IMG/VR virus record: IMGVR_UViG_3300007513_001104 | Strand: one strand, 5' to 3' | From: a virus | Length of the DNA: 64,000 bases | Made by a program: the position numbers and the translations under genes | Shown: one piece after another, positions 59,731-64,000 of the stretch | Position numbering within the stretch: position 1 is the first letter of the stretch | Layout: each line of letters opens with the position of its first letter | Notes under the pieces: generated by a model | Told to the model about the DNA's origin: nothing | What the model saw: the letters and a program-made list of their open reading frames with translations, nothing else | Databases searched by the model: none

Positions 59731-60448
59731 TATTGTATCCTAACATTATGTCGGGTTTGAGAAAACATACTGTAATACTGATCCTTAGTTTCTCATATTT
59801 AATATTATCCGGATCGGGATAGCTTTTATTTAAACCTTGTGAGTCATCTTTCTTATATATGTAAGAGTCTGTCCCAGGTACTTCGTGTTCTAACCAGGCT
59901 GGCCACATTAATAAATCGCCTGTTTCTGGGTAGATTGTTTCTTCCAAATTAAGTTTAGATATTCCTGGTACTGAACTTGTTACCAGACTGTTTATAGGAG
60001 ATCTAAAAGTTATTGGTGCATGCTCTTCTTCTTGTTGAACATAATAAGTTCCAACTAAACAATATTGTGAATGGTGGTGCCAAGGATAATCATCTGTTTC
60101 ATCAAAGACGCTCCACCATGCTTGTACTGGCCAATATTCCTCTAACTGTTCAATCCACATATAATCAGACATTTCTTTAAAATATTTTAGTGCATGTTGA
60201 TGTATTATTGCTCTTAACGTTTTCCAACCATCTACACCTTCCATTGAATCTTTACCTTTATCATAAGCATGATTTCCTTCACTATCATATAGGCCTAATT
60301 TTCTCCAATGTTTTCCTTTTAAAGGATTCTTTTCTAAGTAATATGCTCTTTCGTCATATAACTTTGTAATAGATGTGGCAAGTCTTTTATTAAGATCAGG
60401 ATAATTTGACTTTTGTAGATACAGTTTTGTAGGAAATAAATCAATCAT
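59714..60448 (-). CDS. 2OG-Fe(II) oxygenase-like protein
   Basis: W......H.H....GTYYV, P..GDL..WP.WL.H.V, RISI. Confidence 0.75.
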   Translation of the reverse strand: MIDLFPTKLYLQKSNYPDLNKRLATSITKLYDERAYYLEKNPLKGKHWRKLGLYDSEGNHAYDKGKDSMEGVDGWKTLRAIIHQHALKYFKEMSDYMWIEQLEEYWPVQAWWSVFDETDDYPWHHHSQYCLVGTYYVQQEEEHAPITFRSPINSLVTSSVPGISKLNLEETIYPETGDLLMWPAWLEHEVPGTDSYIYKKDDSQGLNKSYPDPDNIKYEKLRISITVCFLKPDIMLGYNNEKRK

Positions 60449-60947
60449 ATTTTGCCTTTATTATTTCTAAACATTCTTCATAAGTTTTATCAAATATTGA
60501 TACTTTAAAAAGGTGTCTTGTAGTTGTTGGTGGCATAACACCATGCCAATGTTGAGTGTTAATTAATGCAGTTTCATAATACTCATCAATGTCTGAATCT
60601 ATTCCTTCCATATTATTATCGTGTGGTTCCATACGGAAAGTTATAGGGTCTGGATTTTCATCTAATAAAACATTAACAGCACATTCCGTTTTTCTATCTT
60701 GATGAAATGGAAAACGATACCCTGCTTGTTGTATATAAAATATTGGTCTCGCATCTAAATGGCCTAATCCTAAAACATTTCTAAAAAGGTCTGCTACTTG
60801 GTTTGCATATCTTTTCTTTGTAAATTGAATATTCAAAAAGTCTAATTGAATTTTTGTTTTAGGATCAACAAAAGGCATAAGAATTTCACTCTTTAATTCT
60901 TTTAAAAGACGTTCTTTATTTACTCCAAAGTCAAATCTATGTATCAT
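60441..60947 (-). CDS. 2OG-Fe(II)/cupin oxygenase-like protein
   Basis: P.HQD...AVN, LINT...HGV, R..F. Confidence 0.6.
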   Translation of the reverse strand: MIHRFDFGVNKERLLKELKSEILMPFVDPKTKIQLDFLNIQFTKKRYANQVADLFRNVLGLGHLDARPIFYIQQAGYRFPFHQDRKTECAVNVLLDENPDPITFRMEPHDNNMEGIDSDIDEYYETALINTQHWHGVMPPTTTRHLFKVSIFDKTYEECLEIIKAKYD

Positions 60948-61645
60948 TGTAATAATGGGATTATATATTTGCCTGATAAATCTTTTGGACCCATTATTAA
61001 TTTACTTGGGTTCTCATGATGATTCTTATGGTAATCCTCTCCTCCTAAAAATATGTTAGATATCCAACCTAAGTTTGTTGGTTTACCTCCTTTATGGCCA
61101 TTCCAATTTAAGTGCATTGTAAGAATCCAACTCCAACTGAACATGAATGCTAACCACACTACCAACCAAGGACTAATTATGCCTAACAATATTAAAAATG
61201 TGATATATAACTTCCAATAATGTTTGGTTAACCAAACAGCATCTTTATTCTTAGCATAATTCCTCATAAAGATTGGTCTTGTATCAGCATACAAACCAAA
61301 GAAAAATCTTATAAGTCCTATTTCTTTTGGATTGTGAGGGTCTCCAGGTTCGTCACTATATTTGTGATGGTTTAAATGTGCATGTACATAATGTCCAGGC
61401 GGAGTTAATCCAGACAAGACCATACAAGAAAGCATTAACTTCCTTCCTAAGTATGAGGGTTTAAATTGATTATGCGTTAACCAACGATGATATCCTATGT
61501 TGCCTAATCTTGCCACCGAGACTGCCATTATAAAACCTAATATAATTTGCCATATAGGTAATGTTGTTATGGCCTGAGGAACACCTAGTATAGTTATTAA
61601 AAATAATAATGTAACCCGAATAACTGTCCAATCACTAAATTTCAT
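60944..61645 (-). CDS. membrane fatty-acid desaturase
   Basis: His boxes HRWLTH, HLNHH.YSD..GDPH, GE.YHKNHH; transmembrane segments. Start moved to ATG 61645. Confidence 0.88.
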   Translation of the reverse strand: MKFSDWTVIRVTLLFLITILGVPQAITTLPIWQIILGFIMAVSVARLGNIGYHRWLTHNQFKPSYLGRKLMLSCMVLSGLTPPGHYVHAHLNHHKYSDEPGDPHNPKEIGLIRFFFGLYADTRPIFMRNYAKNKDAVWLTKHYWKLYITFLILLGIISPWLVVWLAFMFSWSWILTMHLNWNGHKGGKPTNLGWISNIFLGGEDYHKNHHENPSKLIMGPKDLSGKYIIPLLQ

Positions 61646-61650
61646 ATCAC

Positions 61651-61658
61651 TATTTATG
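61651..61658 (-). promoter_or_regulatory. variant late promoter CATAAATA
   Basis: One mismatch to consensus; 5 nt before the desaturase ATG and just after the gp32 terminator. Confidence 0.5.
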
Positions 61659-61661
61659 TAC

Positions 61662-61687
61662 AAAAAGAAGCCCTCCTAAGAGGGCTC
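61662..61687 (-). terminator. intrinsic terminator after gp32
   Basis: Minus strand AGCCCTC-TTAG-GAGGGCT-TCTTTTT. Confidence 0.8.
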
Positions 61688-61702
61688 CAAAACTTTGAAA
61701 GT

Positions 61703-62611
61703 TTAGTCTTCAGCCAGGGATTTGAAATATGACAAAGTTTCATCTTCATCATCTGTGGTTGAAGGTTCTGGTGCTGCTTGGACGGACTTTACTTTTTCAA
61801 TAAAGTGATCGTCTGCTGCATCATTTGTAGTTTGAGAGATCTGCTCAGCCGTTGCGACTTTAGGACCACCTGAAAGAACTAAATCTAATTTAGCTTTAAG
61901 TTCTTCATAAGTTTTGAATTCACCGGGTCCAACCTTCTCTTGTAAAGAATGTTGTTTACCCCAAATTTCTTCAATTTTCTCATCACTACCATCAATAGGT
62001 GAAGAGTTATCAAATTCACTCTTATCATAATTACGATATCCTTCTACCTGTCGAATTTTTAATTTGAAGTTTGCTCCTTCCCAAAAGTCAAAAGGATTGA
62101 CTGGTTTCTCATCTTCAAACTGTGGTTGCATAACATCTTTAATTTTATCGAAGATCTTCTTACCAAATTTGTAGTAATATACATTACCTACTGTTTCTGG
62201 ATTAGATGAGTCTTCAACGACTAAAATGTTTGCATAATAATTTAGGCGCCTCTTTTGCTTACGGGCAATATCCTTATTAGCTTCAACACCAGAGTTCCAA
62301 AGTTCGGAATTTAATTCTGAGACTGGATCTTGCTTGTTTAAAGTTGTAAGTGAATTTTCGATATACCATTTACCGGTTGGTCCTTGGAATCCGTGATTCC
62401 ACATTCTAACCCACGGCATATCTTCGCCTTGAGGTGCAGGCAAGAACCTAATAACGGCGTAACCGTTACCTGCCTTGTCTACTGTTGGTTTCCATTCCCG
62501 CTCATCACCTTTTTTAAATGATTGGGGATTTGAGATTTTTTCGACTTCCTTCATTAAGTTGTCGAAGTTTCCGCGTTGTTTGCGGAGTTCTGAAAGTGTA
62601 TTAAACGACAT
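61703..62611 (-). CDS. gp32: single-stranded DNA-binding protein
   Basis: D.R.WKP..DK.GNGYAVIRFLP, H.FQGP.G.WYIENSLTT, KFGKKIFDKI, PFDFW.GANFKLK, acidic C-terminus. Confidence 0.97.
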   Translation of the reverse strand: MSFNTLSELRKQRGNFDNLMKEVEKISNPQSFKKGDEREWKPTVDKAGNGYAVIRFLPAPQGEDMPWVRMWNHGFQGPTGKWYIENSLTTLNKQDPVSELNSELWNSGVEANKDIARKQKRRLNYYANILVVEDSSNPETVGNVYYYKFGKKIFDKIKDVMQPQFEDEKPVNPFDFWEGANFKLKIRQVEGYRNYDKSEFDNSSPIDGSDEKIEEIWGKQHSLQEKVGPGEFKTYEELKAKLDLVLSGGPKVATAEQISQTTNDAADDHFIEKVKSVQAAPEPSTTDDEDETLSYFKSLAED

Positions 62612-62640
62612 ATTATTCTCCTGTATTGCGTTGTATTACG

Positions 62641-63276
62641 TTATATTTTCGTTGTATTAGAACTATTTCTAGCTCTAGCAATGTTATTTATAAGAGTTTC
62701 ATGTTTAACTGCTAGTGTTTTGGTATTACACATTACAAACGGTTCGTACCTTTTAACTAATAAACATGTATCTCCTATTAATAAATCACCTAAATAATCA
62801 TCTATAAAAGGCAGTATTTGGTTTAATATAACAACACTTTCTATTGATATATGTTTACCTAACAATAGCCTTATTTCTACTGGATGATCGTTATTAGTGC
62901 CCATTAGTTTTTCTTCAGAGTTTAGTATAACTTCTAAATCCTGTCCAAACGTGTAACTAATTCTATCTTTTCTAGCTTCCCAAGCTTTAAATATTTGGTG
63001 GCTTTCTATACCATAAGGCATACCACACTTCTTTTCTCCTGCTGCTGCATTAGCAACCGACAATGCTACAAACTCATCTTTTTTATATTTGTCGCATACC
63101 ATTTTAAACATTCCTGGCAAACCTATTTTAGCTTCAAACTTGTGTTGTGGCATAGCAATTGCTCTACCAAACTTGTATCTATCTTTAAACATATTAGGAT
63201 ATTTCTTTTGGTCGTACTTGCCCCAAAAGTGGTTTTTAACAGCTACATGAATTTTATATGCTTCTAAAGGTTCCAT
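62641..63276 (-). CDS. gp59: helicase loader
   Basis: Y....AVKNHF...YD, Y.F..D, HP.....L.K.IS.E...IL, RY.PF; canonical gp33-gp59-gp32 order. Confidence 0.78.
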   Translation of the reverse strand: MEPLEAYKIHVAVKNHFWGKYDQKKYPNMFKDRYKFGRAIAMPQHKFEAKIGLPGMFKMVCDKYKKDEFVALSVANAAAGEKKCGMPYGIESHQIFKAWEARKDRISYTFGQDLEVILNSEEKLMGTNNDHPVEIRLLLGKHISIESVVILNQILPFIDDYLGDLLIGDTCLLVKRYEPFVMCNTKTLAVKHETLINNIARARNSSNTTKI

Positions 63277-63881
63277 TTATACATCTGCCAATAATATACA
63301 TTCTTAGGCCAAACTTCTTTTGTATCTAACTCTTTGACACATTTATAACCTGAACTTTCCATTATCTTTTTAACTGTTCCAGAAGATAGTTTGTGCCAAT
63401 AATTCAAAGGATTTTGTATAAACATACCATTTGATCTGCCTAAAGGATTGTGTTTATAATCATATTCATATGGTACTACACCATCTTCTTCAACATCTAT
63501 ATTTGATATAATAATTTTATTGGGTGTAGAATGATTAACTATCTTTTCCAACAAATGCAAAGGAGCTAGCAAGTGATATAACAATCCACAACATACGACC
63601 ACATCAAAAGGCCTTCTTTGACTAAAAAACTCTTCGTAACCATTATGATATATGCTTGCATTTTGTATGCTCTTTTGTTTAATAGACTTCTTTAGCCCTT
63701 GAGCAGAAAATATTTCAGGCTCAACTAGCATTAAATAACTTGGATCTTGTTTTAGAATTAATTTTGAATGATGTCCTGGACCAGGACCTAACTCCAAAAC
63801 ACTTTCATGGCTCTCTATAGAAGAAAAGAATTCTTCATATGACCATTCTAAATATTTGTTCCACTGCTCTTTTTCATTCAT
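63264..63881 (-). CDS. class I SAM-dependent methyltransferase
   Basis: VLELGPGPG, LVEP, FDVVVCCGLLYHL..P..LLE. Confidence 0.82.
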   Translation of the reverse strand: MNEKEQWNKYLEWSYEEFFSSIESHESVLELGPGPGHHSKLILKQDPSYLMLVEPEIFSAQGLKKSIKQKSIQNASIYHNGYEEFFSQRRPFDVVVCCGLLYHLLAPLHLLEKIVNHSTPNKIIISNIDVEEDGVVPYEYDYKHNPLGRSNGMFIQNPLNYWHKLSSGTVKKIMESSGYKCVKELDTKEVWPKNVYYWQMYKWNL

Positions 63882-64000
63882 AATAAAGTGTTTGTCTTTC
63901 TCTTTTCTTTAAGTAAATTAAGATCTAATGCTTCTTCTTTTATTTTTGCTTTGATAGAAGCTGTTAAGAACTTACTAATACTTTCAATTTCAATTGACTT
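63878..64000 (-). CDS. gp33: late transcription co-activator gp33 (3' part)
   Basis: Manual translation ..IEIESISKFLTASIKAKIKEEALDLNLLK..; synteny with gp59/gp32. Confidence 0.75.
   Translation of the reverse strand, partial: KSIEIESISKFLTASIKAKIKEEALDLNLLKEKRKTNTLL

Noticed and set aside
1-64000. Alternative genetic code
   Set aside because: Standard-code ORFs tile the window densely, and TAA, TAG and TGA all end recognisable genes.

Overview
AT-rich segment of a large T4-like (Tevenvirinae-related, marine-type) myophage. It carries almost the whole virion morphogenesis module: gp3; head and packaging genes gp23/22/21/20/17/16; tail gp19/18; neck gp15/14/13; fibre genes; a VrlC-like protein; baseplate gp8/7/6/25/5/27/53/48/54/26/51/29; gp4 and gp2. 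It is flanked by uvsW/uvsY on the left and lysozyme, gp32, gp59 and gp33 on the right. T4 late promoters (TATAAATA) punctuate the region. Accessory genes include an iscU-iscA Fe-S cassette, a fatty-acid desaturase, three 2OG-Fe(II)-type oxygenases and two methyltransferase-fold genes. Strongest leads: (1) a late-promoter locus (22.2-33.4 kb) of five intact GT-A glycosyltransferases, pseudo-enzymes and an oxygenase among fibre genes, with a charge-complementary duplicated domain linking a putative fibre chaperone to one GT, suggesting a virion-protein glycosylation system; (2) a -1 slippery site (T TTT TTC) that would fuse gp26 to a start-less gp51 just upstream of the tape-measure gene, like lambda G/GT; (3) a three-way-junction RNA leader next to gp23. 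Gene names come from motif recognition and synteny; no database searches were run.
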